Of a DNA stretch of 64,000 bases, positions 35,953 through 45,382 are shown in pieces. Below the pieces are notes generated by a model. It did no database searches and had not been told where the DNA came from. It saw nothing but the letters and a program-made list of their open reading frames with translations. Position numbers and translations under genes: made by a program. This stretch comes from Chloroflexota bacterium (lineage in GTDB: Bacteria; Chloroflexota; UBA11872; VXNJ01): assembly GCA_965261345.1 (NCBI GenBank), contig OZ253449.1, positions 1,251,317-1,315,316 on the forward strand, read 5' to 3'. Each line of letters opens with the position of its first letter. Positions within the stretch are counted from its first letter, which is position 1.

Positions 35953-37119
35953 TTGCGCGACCGCCCATTCGTCACCTTCAACGCCTGCCTCATGCTCTCA
36001 ATGGGCGGGTGGATACCAGTATTGACGCTGCTGGCGATATACATGCGCGAGCATCTGGGCGCCAGCGTGATCGCGGCGATGACCACCATATTGATAATCC
36101 AGGTTATTTCCACCGGGATGAGCCTGTTTGCCGGTTCATTCGCGGACCGCTGGGGCGGACGCCGGACCTACCTGGTTGGCGTCGCCGGGATGACGCTCTT
36201 TGCGGGGTTGTTGGGCGCAGTCAAGGAGAGCTGGCAGGTTATCGCACTGGCGCCGCTGGCGGGTCTGGTCGTTCCGTTCTACTGGACCGGAGTTAGCACC
36301 TATCTGTTGCAGGCGGTCTCCCCCGGGCGACGCGGCGCCGGGGCGGGCACCCTTGCCTTCATCACGTTCCTGGCGCCGGGCATTACCGGTCCCATCTTGA
36401 CCTTCTTTGGCCAGTCCATCGGGATATGGTTTACGGTGCTGGGCGGGGCCTTTTTGCTGGCTCTGGCCGGGCTGACGGCGGCGCGACTCTTGCCAGATCT
36501 AACCAAAGCCAACGCACGCCCGACGGGCGGGACCCAATTTGCATATTCCGACTATCCACGTTTTCTAACCGACCGCCACAACCTGGTAGCGGCCCTGGCC
36601 CGTTTGATGTCGGGGGCATCCTTTGGGCTGTTCCAACTGCTCTCGGCCCTGGTGCTGTTGGACCTGACCGGAGAGCTCTCGTCGGTGGGCCTGTTTCTGA
36701 CCGCCGGCGCTCTCGGCGGCGGCGCCTCGCAGATCCTCATCGGCGCGCTGTCGGATCGGATCGGGCGCCGCAACCTGTTAATTGCCACCAAATTGGTCGG
36801 GGCTACAGCGGCCTTGCTCTTCTGGCGCGGAGATGTCCTGCCGGCGCTGCTGCTCGGGTCGGCGATGCAGTTTTTCGCGCAAGCCGCTTTCCAGACGCTG
36901 ATTACGGCTGTCGCTGGCGATTTGGTCAAACCCCGCGACATCCCTGCCATATCAGGGTTGCATACAAGCATGTTTGCGTTCGGCATGGTCATCGGGGCCC
37001 TGACCGGAGGACTGGTCTGGCAGGTGGACGGGCGGCTCCCGTTTCTATTTATCGGCCTGGGTTTTCTACCTGTGGCGGCCAGCCTTTTCGTGCTACCGCG
37101 CAAGACTCTAAACGTTTAA
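35953..37119 (+). CDS. MFS transporter (paralog A)
   Basis: 388 aa, polytopic. It has 'FADRWGGRRTY' and 'LSDRIGRRNLL', and is clearly paralogous to the next gene. Confidence 0.8.
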   Translation: MRDRPFVTFNACLMLSMGGWIPVLTLLAIYMREHLGASVIAAMTTILIIQVISTGMSLFAGSFADRWGGRRTYLVGVAGMTLFAGLLGAVKESWQVIALAPLAGLVVPFYWTGVSTYLLQAVSPGRRGAGAGTLAFITFLAPGITGPILTFFGQSIGIWFTVLGGAFLLALAGLTAARLLPDLTKANARPTGGTQFAYSDYPRFLTDRHNLVAALARLMSGASFGLFQLLSALVLLDLTGELSSVGLFLTAGALGGGASQILIGALSDRIGRRNLLIATKLVGATAALLFWRGDVLPALLLGSAMQFFAQAAFQTLITAVAGDLVKPRDIPAISGLHTSMFAFGMVIGALTGGLVWQVDGRLPFLFIGLGFLPVAASLFVLPRKTLNV

Positions 37120-37303
37120 TGCCGGTAGCTAACTGCTTCATTCGGCGCGAAAGACTTCCTTACCGCGACTGACCGCCCGGACGGATGTTGACGATCATGG
37201 CGGTCGCCAAACCAGGCCCGGTAGGGCCGGATGGGGATGACACTTTGGAACTGGGGGCTGGAGTCCAGGCGGTTGGATTCCTCCAACTCAAGGATTACAG
37301 CAG

Positions 37304-38548
37304 GTGACCGAACCCCGCGACCCCTCGCCCGCAACGGAGTCGACTCCAATTCCGCCGCGGGTATCGGATCTGGCAAGCGGACTGCGTGGCCGCCCGTTCA
37401 TCGTTCTAAATCTTTGCTTTTCGCTCTCGGTTGGCGGCTGGACGCCGATGTATGCCCTGCTGGCGATCATCATGCGCGATCATCTGGGCGCCGGGGTCTT
37501 GGCGGCCATGACCGCATTCGTGGTCAGCCACACCATTGCGACTGGTGTGAGCCTGTATGCCGGCTCCTTTGCCTCCACTTGGGGTAGCCGCCGCGCTTAT
37601 CTGGTGGGGGTTGGCGGCTTGGTACTGTTTGCCGCTCTCCTGAGCGTGGCAAACGAGGGCTGGCAGGTAATCGCGCTGGCGCCCTTGATCGGATTGATGA
37701 TGCCGTTCCACTGGACCGGCGTCAACACCTACCTTTTGCAGGCAGTAAATGCCCGACGGCGTGGCACTGCGACCGGTATTTCGGCTTTTGTGATGGTGCT
37801 CGCCCCTGGCGTGTTTGGCCCGATACTGACGAACCTGGGCGAAGCGGTTGGAATCTGGGCGACGATATTGGCCGCGGCCGCGATAATGGCCCTGGCTGGC
37901 CTGGGCGCGTGGCGCTTCCTGCCCGATCTGGGTCCGGCCGAACCGATCTCGGGGAAGGCACTGCGTCCGTCGTTCGCGGCCTATCCGCGCCTCCTGGCCG
38001 GGTATGCGAATCGAATCATCGCCGGCGCGCGCTTGGTCGCCGGGATTTCGTTTGGTCTCTTCCAGTTGCTGTCGGCATTGGTGCTATTGGACTTAACCGG
38101 CGAGCTATCGTCGGTCGGCTTCTACCTGGCCGCCGGCGCAATCGGAGGCGGAGCGTCACAGGTGATCATCGGAGCTGCCTCGGACCGCTTCGGGCGTCGC
38201 AACCTGTTGGTACTTGCAATGTTGGTCGGCGCCGGCGCGGCGTTCCTCTTCTGGGGTGGCGGCACCCTTGGCTTGCTGCTGGTCGCCGCCACCATGCAAT
38301 GGTTTGCCCAGAGCGCATTCCAGACCCTGATAACGGCAATCAACGGTGATCTGGTTGCCGCTCGCGACGTGCCCGCGGTCTCCGGCTTGCACGTGGGCAT
38401 TTTTTCGTTCGGATTGATGCTTGGCTCGCTGCTCGGCGGGACGCTTTGGCAATTTGGATCGGGACTGCCGTTCATGATCGCCGGGTTGTGTTTCATTCCC
38501 GTGATCGTCAGCCTATTTTTCCTGCCGCAGCGAACCCTGGCTCGTTAG
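37304..38548 (+). CDS. MFS transporter (paralog B)
   Basis: 414 aa, collinear with 35953-37119. The block 'GISFGLFQLLSALVLLDLTGELSSVG' is nearly identical in both. Confidence 0.8.
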   Translation: MTEPRDPSPATESTPIPPRVSDLASGLRGRPFIVLNLCFSLSVGGWTPMYALLAIIMRDHLGAGVLAAMTAFVVSHTIATGVSLYAGSFASTWGSRRAYLVGVGGLVLFAALLSVANEGWQVIALAPLIGLMMPFHWTGVNTYLLQAVNARRRGTATGISAFVMVLAPGVFGPILTNLGEAVGIWATILAAAAIMALAGLGAWRFLPDLGPAEPISGKALRPSFAAYPRLLAGYANRIIAGARLVAGISFGLFQLLSALVLLDLTGELSSVGFYLAAGAIGGGASQVIIGAASDRFGRRNLLVLAMLVGAGAAFLFWGGGTLGLLLVAATMQWFAQSAFQTLITAINGDLVAARDVPAVSGLHVGIFSFGLMLGSLLGGTLWQFGSGLPFMIAGLCFIPVIVSLFFLPQRTLAR

Positions 38549-39180
38549 CTCCGGACCGCGGCTGGAGATCGCCGGCGAATTTTGTGGGGAACGCCGAGCA
38601 GGCCACCGACTCAATCTGACGACCGTGATTGAATCTTGGCAGCGGATGGCGCCAAACGCTGACTTGGCTCCGCATCAGATGCTCCTCGGTCGAATTGAGA
38701 AGCATCAGGGGTTACAGGTTTCGGCAAGGGTCCGGCGGGCAACGCAGTTGCCCGCCGGGAAAACCTCGAGCTACTTCGCGTTTACCGTGATCCGAACTCG
38801 CGCGAAGATCAGGTCGTCCACGTGAACCACCCCTCTAGCCAGTGGCGGCCCACCACAACTCGAATATGCTTGTCCTCAAGGAGCAACCCAGTGGACTGGA
38901 GCCGGTGGTTACGGTCGAAATCAGCGAAGAAGACCGAATTGTTTTGTTCTGGCCACGCGGAATGTTTTACCCGACCTTGCTCCAATCAACCCGCCGGGTG
39001 GTTCGCATCAGCATGCTTTAGCACCATCTGGATCGACGCCAATCAATAACATGAACGCCGAGCGCAGCGGCGTTTGCGCTGCCCGATTTCCATCCGCGCG
39101 ACGCGGCGATTTCCAGGGGTTGGAAAAAGATCCAAGTTGGCGCTGTCGCCCGGTGCAGATTCGCTCTCAGGAGGGCAGCG

Positions 39181-39663
39181 GTGGCAAAAACCGTCTATCT
39201 TGCAAACCCATACGGCATGTCCGCCCAGCAAAAGTAATTACTCTTGCGGCCGATCGTTGCGCAATTGGAGGCGCTCGGATTGGGGGTGTAGGAGCCGTTT
39301 AAACGAAACAATCAATTTGAATTCATTGATTTCCATGACGAGGGATGGGCGTACCAGGTTGGCCAGCGTGACTTTGCGGACGTGCAAAACGCGAACGCAA
39401 CGTTCGCTGTGGTGAACGGGTGCCCGCCTGCCGAAGGCGTCATGATCGAGGTGGGGATGGCGATCGCGCTAAGGAAGCCGATATTCCTATTTCGGGATGA
39501 TATTCGGCGTGTTTCCGACACCGCCAAGTACCCGATCAACCTCATGATTTTCATCGGGTTGCCCGAGCACGGTTGCGAGGAACATTACTACACTGCAGTC
39601 GAAGAAATTTCCTCACCGCATAAAACGTTGGCTCTCTGGGCCGCTGATATGTCGTCGGATTGA
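39181..39663 (+). pseudogene. Nucleoside 2-deoxyribosyltransferase-family gene (copy 2) inactivated by two in-frame stop codons
   Basis: The frame from GTG 39181 reads AKTVYLANPYGMSAQQK*LLLRPIVAQLEALGLGV*EPFKRNNQ...NATFAVVNGCPPAEGVMIEVGMAIA. It is collinear with copy 1. TAA is at 39235-39237, and a TAG replaces the Trp codon of copy 1. There is no frameshift. Confidence 0.8.
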
Positions 39664-40012
39664 CTGCAGATTTAGTCGCTCGAATCCGGTTTACCTAGCT
39701 TTAATAGCAAAAGCAATTCCCCGGCCGAACCCGATGTGAGATGATTCACGTGCGCCTGCGACAACCAGGCGATGGTATTGGGCTATTTTTTCGAATTGGC
39801 CCTTATTCGATTGGGCGCCAATGCCCGAACGGTGCATGCCCGCAGTTCAAAATTGGGCCTGAGCCCACGGTGGCGCATACGAACGGTTGAGAATAAACAT
39901 CGACGACATGCGGCCTCACCGCGTTGGCCAAGAACCCAGGCTGCTGTGGTGGGCAAATGCCTAAGTTGAGTTCCACCCAGCCCTGCCAACGCATCCGACA
40001 GGGATCGATCTC

Positions 40013-41113
40013 GTGAAAATCACAAATGTCAAGGTCGAAATGTTCACTTGGCGATCGGAACCGTGGAAAACCGGCGTCGGAACGAACTTTGGGAATGCGC
40101 GGCAACTCGGGGTCGTGTGCATTGAAACCGACGCAGGAATCACCGGCAATTCATTTCTAGGCTCCTCGAACGTGGGTGCTGACCACTACGTCCCCGGACT
40201 GATCAGTTACCTCAAACCGCTCCTGATTGGCCGTAATCCACAGGACATTGGGGCCATCTGGTGGGACATGTGGAAGCAGGTTCGCTCGGTGTCCAGCCAC
40301 GCGATCGGCGCCATCGACATCTGTTTGTGGGACATCAACGGCAAGATTGCCGGCCTGCCGATCCATCGGCTGCTCGGCACCTGCAAGGATTCCGTGCCTG
40401 TGTACTCCTCGACCGCCTACTGGGAGGCCATTCCGGAATACGTTGAGGAAGCGCTACGTTTCAAGGCGATGGGCTGGACTGCCCACAAGATCCACCCTCA
40501 TGGAAACGCCAAGGCCGACATCGCGATTTGTCGGGCGGTCCGCGCTGCGGTCGGTAGCGAGATGAAGCTGATGCTCGACTCGATGTGGGCGTACCAGTAT
40601 GAGGACGCCTTGCGCGTTGGCCGAGTTCTTGAGGAACTCGACTTTTACTGGTACGAGGATCCCCTAGTTGAAGAGGACGTTTACAACTACGTCAAACTGC
40701 ACCAGAAGTTAGACATTCCGATCATGTCAACCGAATTTGCGCCCGGAAAGTTTTACGGGATGGCCAACTGGATTACCCAGTACGCGACCGATTTCTTGCG
40801 CGGCGATGTCGCAGTCATTGGCGGGATAACGCCGATGGTTCGGCTTTGCCATCTGGCCGAGGGTTTCAACATGAAGTGCGAAATACATCACGGTGGCAAC
40901 TCCCTCAACAATGTCGCAAACCTACACATTACGATGGCCGTGCCCAACTGCGAGTTCTTCGAATTCTTTCCCTGCAGCGGCGCGAATATGTACGGATTAG
41001 TCGAAGACATCGACATGGCCGGTGGGAGGGTTTCCGCTCCAACTGAACCCGGTCTCGGCTACCAGATCGATTGGGATTTTGTCCAACGGGAGTACATCGC
41101 AACCATCGAGTGA
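40013..41113 (+). CDS. Enolase-superfamily (MR/MLE family) protein, third and more divergent paralog
   Basis: 366 aa with a GTG start. It has 'AIDICLWDINGKIAGLPIHRLLG', 'KIHPHG', 'LMLDSMWAY', 'FYWYEDP' and 'STEF'. The local G+C is lower. Confidence 0.85.
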   Translation: MKITNVKVEMFTWRSEPWKTGVGTNFGNARQLGVVCIETDAGITGNSFLGSSNVGADHYVPGLISYLKPLLIGRNPQDIGAIWWDMWKQVRSVSSHAIGAIDICLWDINGKIAGLPIHRLLGTCKDSVPVYSSTAYWEAIPEYVEEALRFKAMGWTAHKIHPHGNAKADIAICRAVRAAVGSEMKLMLDSMWAYQYEDALRVGRVLEELDFYWYEDPLVEEDVYNYVKLHQKLDIPIMSTEFAPGKFYGMANWITQYATDFLRGDVAVIGGITPMVRLCHLAEGFNMKCEIHHGGNSLNNVANLHITMAVPNCEFFEFFPCSGANMYGLVEDIDMAGGRVSAPTEPGLGYQIDWDFVQREYIATIE

Positions 41114-41534
41114 ATTCGTAGATTGATGCGGTCGGGTCGGCGCCCTCGTGAGAGCATGGGGAATTCGCGACCGGAAAAAGATTGCGTATTCTGTGGTTTC
41201 AACAGCCTGGACAGACAGGTCTGCGGTCGGCTCAAGGCGATGTCGAAAAGGCGAGCCAACCAACGTCCAAAACACTGGCGTTTATATACGTAACTAGACC
41301 TACGCCGACTGCATCTCAAAATGCCCGGCGGATCTCATACACATGATTTTCGGCGCCGAGTCGCAGCCGATCGGCCAGACTCGCTCCCAGCGGAAATTGA
41401 CGCCGAGATCGTAACGGGTCCTCCATATAAGGAAGGGGGCTGCCGATTTCTGTTCAATCGCGCAGCCGACAGCGTTGCTGTGCGCACGTATCGCCTGGCG
41501 ACAACTGCTCTCCTAAAAGTAGTCTGAAAGGCGG

Positions 41535-43445
41535 TTGTCCGGCGGAGTCAAGTCAAGCAGTGCGAACCGAGAAGGAAGGAAGGCCATTGTGAGTGTGGTG
41601 ACAGCAGTGGCGGCCCTTGCCGCCATCAGCTTGCTTTTCGCGATGGACCCAGGCGGGGCAATCGCCGAAAGCGGCTTTCCCGACTTCCGGGAGATGGACT
41701 GGAAGCAGCTGGCGGTCTGGGGCTTCCGCACGATAGGCGTAGTCGTAGCGCAGCTGCTCTTCATCGTGCTGTGGTTGTGGCCCAAGTTCCGGCCCCCGCA
41801 GGCGTCCGAGGAGCATCGACGCCCGTGGGACTCGGGGCCCCCACAGCCCGGTTCAATGCCCGCGGCGGCGGTATCTGCGCTGGAAGGCCACATGATATGG
41901 AGTCCGACGCTGCTGGCCTCCATCATCGAGATGTGCCAGCGCGGCACGCTGCGAATCGAAGCCGTCGGAACAAGGGTCGGCTTCCTGTACCGGCTGTCTA
42001 GGCAGGCTCCCGTACAGCATGACTGGGAGCGGACGATATGCGAAAGCATGCCGTCGCGCGCCACAACTGTTGATGCGCTCCATGAAGCGGTAAAGAAGCG
42101 CGAGGATGCCATCGGCGACCAGATAGGGGACTACCTGCAGCATCGCGGCCTTTTCCATGACAATCCGTTGCGAGTCAGGAGGGAAAACGACGACGATGCA
42201 ATCGGATGGGGGATGCTGGCCGGCGCCTTGATGGGCGTTGGCAGCGGGCTTTGGGCGGCTCTGTGGCTGGACCAGTGGTGGGCGAACGCCCTGATCGGCG
42301 CGTTCACAGGTTTCGCATATTTGATGATGGCGCCGTCGATACGAACCGGCATGGTGCCGACAACGCAGAGGGGAGCGCATGAGATAAGTCAGTGGCTGGG
42401 CTGGAAAAAGACTCTGGCCGGATCTGCCCCGCCCTATGCCCAGCACCAAGCTGCTTCCATGTTGCCCTATGCCGTGGCGCTGAATGTGGCCCAGCCATGG
42501 CTTGACGTGGCAGGCTCGGCTCCGCCGTGGTTCGGATCAGGCAGCGCATCCTCCCTGCAGGGCGCCGACCTGGACGCGGCCTATCACGGTTTCATGCACG
42601 CGCCGGAGTGGTACCTGAGCGGAAGGTCGGGCGATGCGGCGAAAGCGGCCGCCGGGATTGGTCATGAGCTCGAGCTACTCGAATTGGAGTCGCCGGATAC
42701 CGGGAAGACCGTGCACAGGGAGACCGCCGACGAAATCCAGGACATAGCCCGTGATCCGGATTCACAGCACAGTTCTTGGGAAGGTGCGCGACCGCCACCA
42801 TCGGGCGGGTTTCAACAGTACAAGGGAGAAAGACTGATTGAGGAACCGAAGAGCGGCGGGGGCCTGCGCGGGTGCTTCATATGGGTGGTAAGCCTGGTAG
42901 GCGTAGGGGTGGTGGTCTTGGTCGTCCTGTTCAGCCTCGATGTGGTCTCGCCTCGCGACAAACCGTGTCCCTTGGACTCTCCCGCGATCCCGACGCCCGT
43001 GCAGATTGCGGTGGTCGGCGACCTGTTCCGCGATAAGTGCGTGAGGGTCGGTGGCACGGTCGTGTTCCAGGACACCTACGAGCTGGTGGTGGAGATGAAT
43101 CGGGGCGAGTACGTGCAGCGGGTGAACGTACGCGACCCGTCGCAGGTTCTCGAAGCGATCCCTTTTGGCCGCGTGGTGACTCTGGCTGGGCGGCTCATGG
43201 TGGAGGAGGACGGAGCATACGCAGTCCACTTCGTACCGGACCATAGATCGGACCGGGAGTGGTGGCGGAACCTCCGGGACAACCTTGAAGAGTTGTTCCA
43301 GGTTGCTGTGGGTGCGACAGGCTTTGGTGATGCAACGGGCCCGGCAAAACTGGGTGTCGCTGTTCAACCGGTCAATTCACGCACCACCCGCGCGGTTCTG
43401 ATTGGATATAACGACGACCGGCAAATTCTCGTCGGGCGACGCTAG
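41535..43445 (+). CDS. Multi-pass membrane protein, DUF2207 C-terminal-region-like, with an extra C-terminal TM helix and small beta-rich domain
   Basis: 636 aa with a GTG start. It has hydrophobic helices and a region 'LLASIIEMCQRGTLRIEAVG...FLYRL' like the DUF2207 membrane/cytoplasmic module. Weak call by eye. Confidence 0.5.
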   Translation: MSGGVKSSSANREGRKAIVSVVTAVAALAAISLLFAMDPGGAIAESGFPDFREMDWKQLAVWGFRTIGVVVAQLLFIVLWLWPKFRPPQASEEHRRPWDSGPPQPGSMPAAAVSALEGHMIWSPTLLASIIEMCQRGTLRIEAVGTRVGFLYRLSRQAPVQHDWERTICESMPSRATTVDALHEAVKKREDAIGDQIGDYLQHRGLFHDNPLRVRRENDDDAIGWGMLAGALMGVGSGLWAALWLDQWWANALIGAFTGFAYLMMAPSIRTGMVPTTQRGAHEISQWLGWKKTLAGSAPPYAQHQAASMLPYAVALNVAQPWLDVAGSAPPWFGSGSASSLQGADLDAAYHGFMHAPEWYLSGRSGDAAKAAAGIGHELELLELESPDTGKTVHRETADEIQDIARDPDSQHSSWEGARPPPSGGFQQYKGERLIEEPKSGGGLRGCFIWVVSLVGVGVVVLVVLFSLDVVSPRDKPCPLDSPAIPTPVQIAVVGDLFRDKCVRVGGTVVFQDTYELVVEMNRGEYVQRVNVRDPSQVLEAIPFGRVVTLAGRLMVEEDGAYAVHFVPDHRSDREWWRNLRDNLEELFQVAVGATGFGDATGPAKLGVAVQPVNSRTTRAVLIGYNDDRQILVGRR

Positions 43446-43468
43446 CGGAAAAGGGGCCCGCCAAGTTG

Positions 43469-43687
43469 CTAACTGTCTGAGCTGCGTTTCGGCTTCCTTC
43501 GCCGCTTCCGGTCCGCATCGCGAAAGATCGCCCGCGCCAATTCCTTGGCGCTGCTAAGAAACTTAGCCGAAGGTTTGCCGCTGCTGCGTGCGCGGCGCGA
43601 CTGCTTCTTGGCGTCGCCTGACGAATCCTGCATTTGCCCGCCCCCTGTATACCACATATGGTAAAGGGGGTTAAGCCCTAGTAACAA
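43469..43687 (-). CDS. Small Lys/Arg-rich hypothetical protein (may start at Met 43633)
   Basis: Support is only an ORF with basic composition ('KKQSRRARSSGKPSAKFLSSAKELARAIFRDADRKRRRKPKR'). No family was recognised. Confidence 0.25.
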   Translation of the reverse strand: MLLGLNPLYHMWYTGGGQMQDSSGDAKKQSRRARSSGKPSAKFLSSAKELARAIFRDADRKRRRKPKRSSDS

Positions 43688-43821
43688 CTATCGCAGGGCC
43701 GAGCAAAGTGTCTAGGAAAGTAGATAATCCCCAAAACACTGGACATAATGCAGTTTATGTCTTGTCGGACGCCAATTCATTGCTTCGCCCAATCAGTTTT
43801 TTCGAATTCCCGCGTCAGCTA

Positions 43822-43848
43822 CCTGCATCTGCTAGCCTGCATCTGCTA
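43822..43848. repeat. Tandem direct repeat CCTGCATCTGCTA x2
   Basis: The two copies are at 43822-43834 and 43836-43848, separated by one G. They lie about 70 bp beyond the 3' end of the TIR gene, at the left edge of the low-GC islet. Confidence 0.85.
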
Positions 43849-43919
43849 AAACTCCACTTCGCCGGGTCAGCATCAAAATGGCCATTGTTGTGGCGTTTTA
43901 ACGTCCCGTAGCAGACTAG

Positions 43920-44702
43920 CTACGAAGGGTTGACCACCGAGGTAATCTCATCAGCGATTTCTTCAATCGTGTGCGTTGCGGTGCTCCGAGCCAGTTTGGC
44001 GGCGAGCGATGGACTGCGTTTGAGTAATTCTGCTTTGGTTAGGTTGTGCCAAATGGGCAGCAAAGCTTGGTCATCGTCTGAACTCAAGTCTCGGGAAACC
44101 AGCCCATCCAATTCGTACTGCGGCCACTCTTTATCGAAGAATTCCGGCGAAAGGACAACTACGCCGAAACGACTATTGGCCAATCCCGCGTCAATCTTCC
44201 TTCGGAGGTTTCCGCCAATTCGCAATTCGAATTCGTCGAACCAAACTCGCAAGTCTCGATCCTCGAGAGCCTGTGCCAGTGGCCGCACAATATCGTCCTT
44301 GTTTTCGCTGGCGTAAGAAATGAATACATCGAAAACTTGACTGGGTCCACCATTTTTTCCATTTGACTGGATTGACTGGTCGCGGACCAAAGAAGGGACT
44401 GATGAAAGCGGGCGCTCTCGAATTTCGGGTAGCGGACGAGGCAATATCCGAATGGAAGCGTTTGTACGCCCTTTTAGGCCCTGCATATCGACCGCCACAT
44501 GCCAATTCCCAGAGTGCGGTATTGCCAGGTGCACGGGTGATCGCCTAGCCATCCCACCTACATATTGGTGCTTGCGCCCGCTTTTGTATGCAGTGAAATT
44601 CGAGCTGTCCAATAGTTGGACGTTTGCCGCGTTCCCAGTGAGGGTGACTTCGACGACTTCGCCGCGTTCGCGGTATCCAATGTTGCTGTGAATGAAATTC
44701 AA
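43920..44702 (-). CDS. DUF1883-like N-terminal domain fused to a TIR domain
   Basis: 260 aa with a TTG start. The N-terminus 'NFIHSNIGYRERGEVVEVTLTGNAANVQLLDSSNFTAYKSGRKHQYVGG...PHSGNWHVAVD' is DUF1883-like. The C-terminus 'VFDVFISYASENKDDIVRPLAQALEDRDLRVWFDEFELRIGGNLRRKI...SRFGVVVLSPEFFDKEWPQYELDGL' is a TIR fold with the conserved Glu in W-x-x-E-L. Confidence 0.85.
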   Translation of the reverse strand: MNFIHSNIGYRERGEVVEVTLTGNAANVQLLDSSNFTAYKSGRKHQYVGGMARRSPVHLAIPHSGNWHVAVDMQGLKGRTNASIRILPRPLPEIRERPLSSVPSLVRDQSIQSNGKNGGPSQVFDVFISYASENKDDIVRPLAQALEDRDLRVWFDEFELRIGGNLRRKIDAGLANSRFGVVVLSPEFFDKEWPQYELDGLVSRDLSSDDDQALLPIWHNLTKAELLKRSPSLAAKLARSTATHTIEEIADEITSVVNPS

Positions 44703-45382
44703 TTCGCCGGTGCCCCGCGATACAAATGTGGGAACAAACTTAGCAATTGGACTTTGTGATTCGCCTGTCTTCCGGAGCCTTTGCGAACCGCCGAATTAAT
44801 CACTGCGCTCGCGGCACTGCACAGTCGTTCGGCTTGATTGGCGTTGCCTGTTTCGCTCGAGCGGTCGAGGCCTTGAATCGGGATTGTTCAAGAGAAAGTC
44901 AATCGTCATTCGGCATTAATCACGTTATGGCTAATCTGGTTTTTCTGGCAGCAGAGGTCGATGATAGGTAATTCTCCATTGAGTTCAAGCTTAGTCGGGG
45001 TGGAGACCATCCCGGACCCGAGCAAATCTGCCGATTTGAATAATACCGGCCTCAATGAACTGCCGGCCACGCTTGTGTGCGAATTGCACGCGGAGCGATT
45101 TGAGCAAATGTGACTGATCGCACCGAATTGAAATTTCTATAGCGAATATATATCCGTGCGGTAATTGATCGTCTGCGCGGCAATTGGCGCTCGGGCGATC
45201 AGGAGTCTGCGAGAAAGCCTCACACGTTGGATTTCTGGTCCAAAATTGATCCCGAATTGACGGGGTTTCGACCAAGAGTTTGACCCTTTGTTGCCAATGA
45301 TGGATCCACTCTGGCAATCCAGCGTCTTGACACCCATTAATCGAAACTCACCCAGGATTAGGTTCGGATTATTTGAGGCCCT
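44703..45382. other. 680-bp spacer without a convincing ORF between the divergent TIR and RT genes; candidate promoters and/or RT-associated ncRNA
   Basis: No convincing ORF is present (the 74-aa and 108-aa track ORFs lack any recognisable features). It contains several local hairpins, e.g. CGCTCGAGCG at 44855-44864 and GTGC-gaatt-GCAC around 45077-45089. G+C is low. Confidence 0.3.

Noticed and set aside
36426-37172. 248-aa plus-strand ORF overlapping MFS paralog A in another frame
   Set aside because: It is Arg/Gly/Pro-rich with no TM pattern. The MFS frame has clear helices and paralog support.
38809-38985. 58-codon minus-strand ORF (TTG start) reading LEQGRVKHSAWPEQNNSVFFADFDRNHRLQSTGLLLEDKHIRVVVGRHWLEGWFTWTT, in the MFS to NDT-pseudogene gap
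   Set aside because: It has protein-like composition, but I recognise no family, it has a weak start, and it is below the track threshold. It is left unannotated.
44991-45317. 108-aa minus-strand ORF, 74-aa plus-strand ORF (44747-44971) and a 20-codon Cys-rich mini-ORF (45055-45117), all in the TIR-RT spacer
   Set aside because: None has a recognisable motif, a convincing ribosome-binding site, or any basis to assess conservation here. They are treated as non-coding, but a small accessory protein cannot be excluded.
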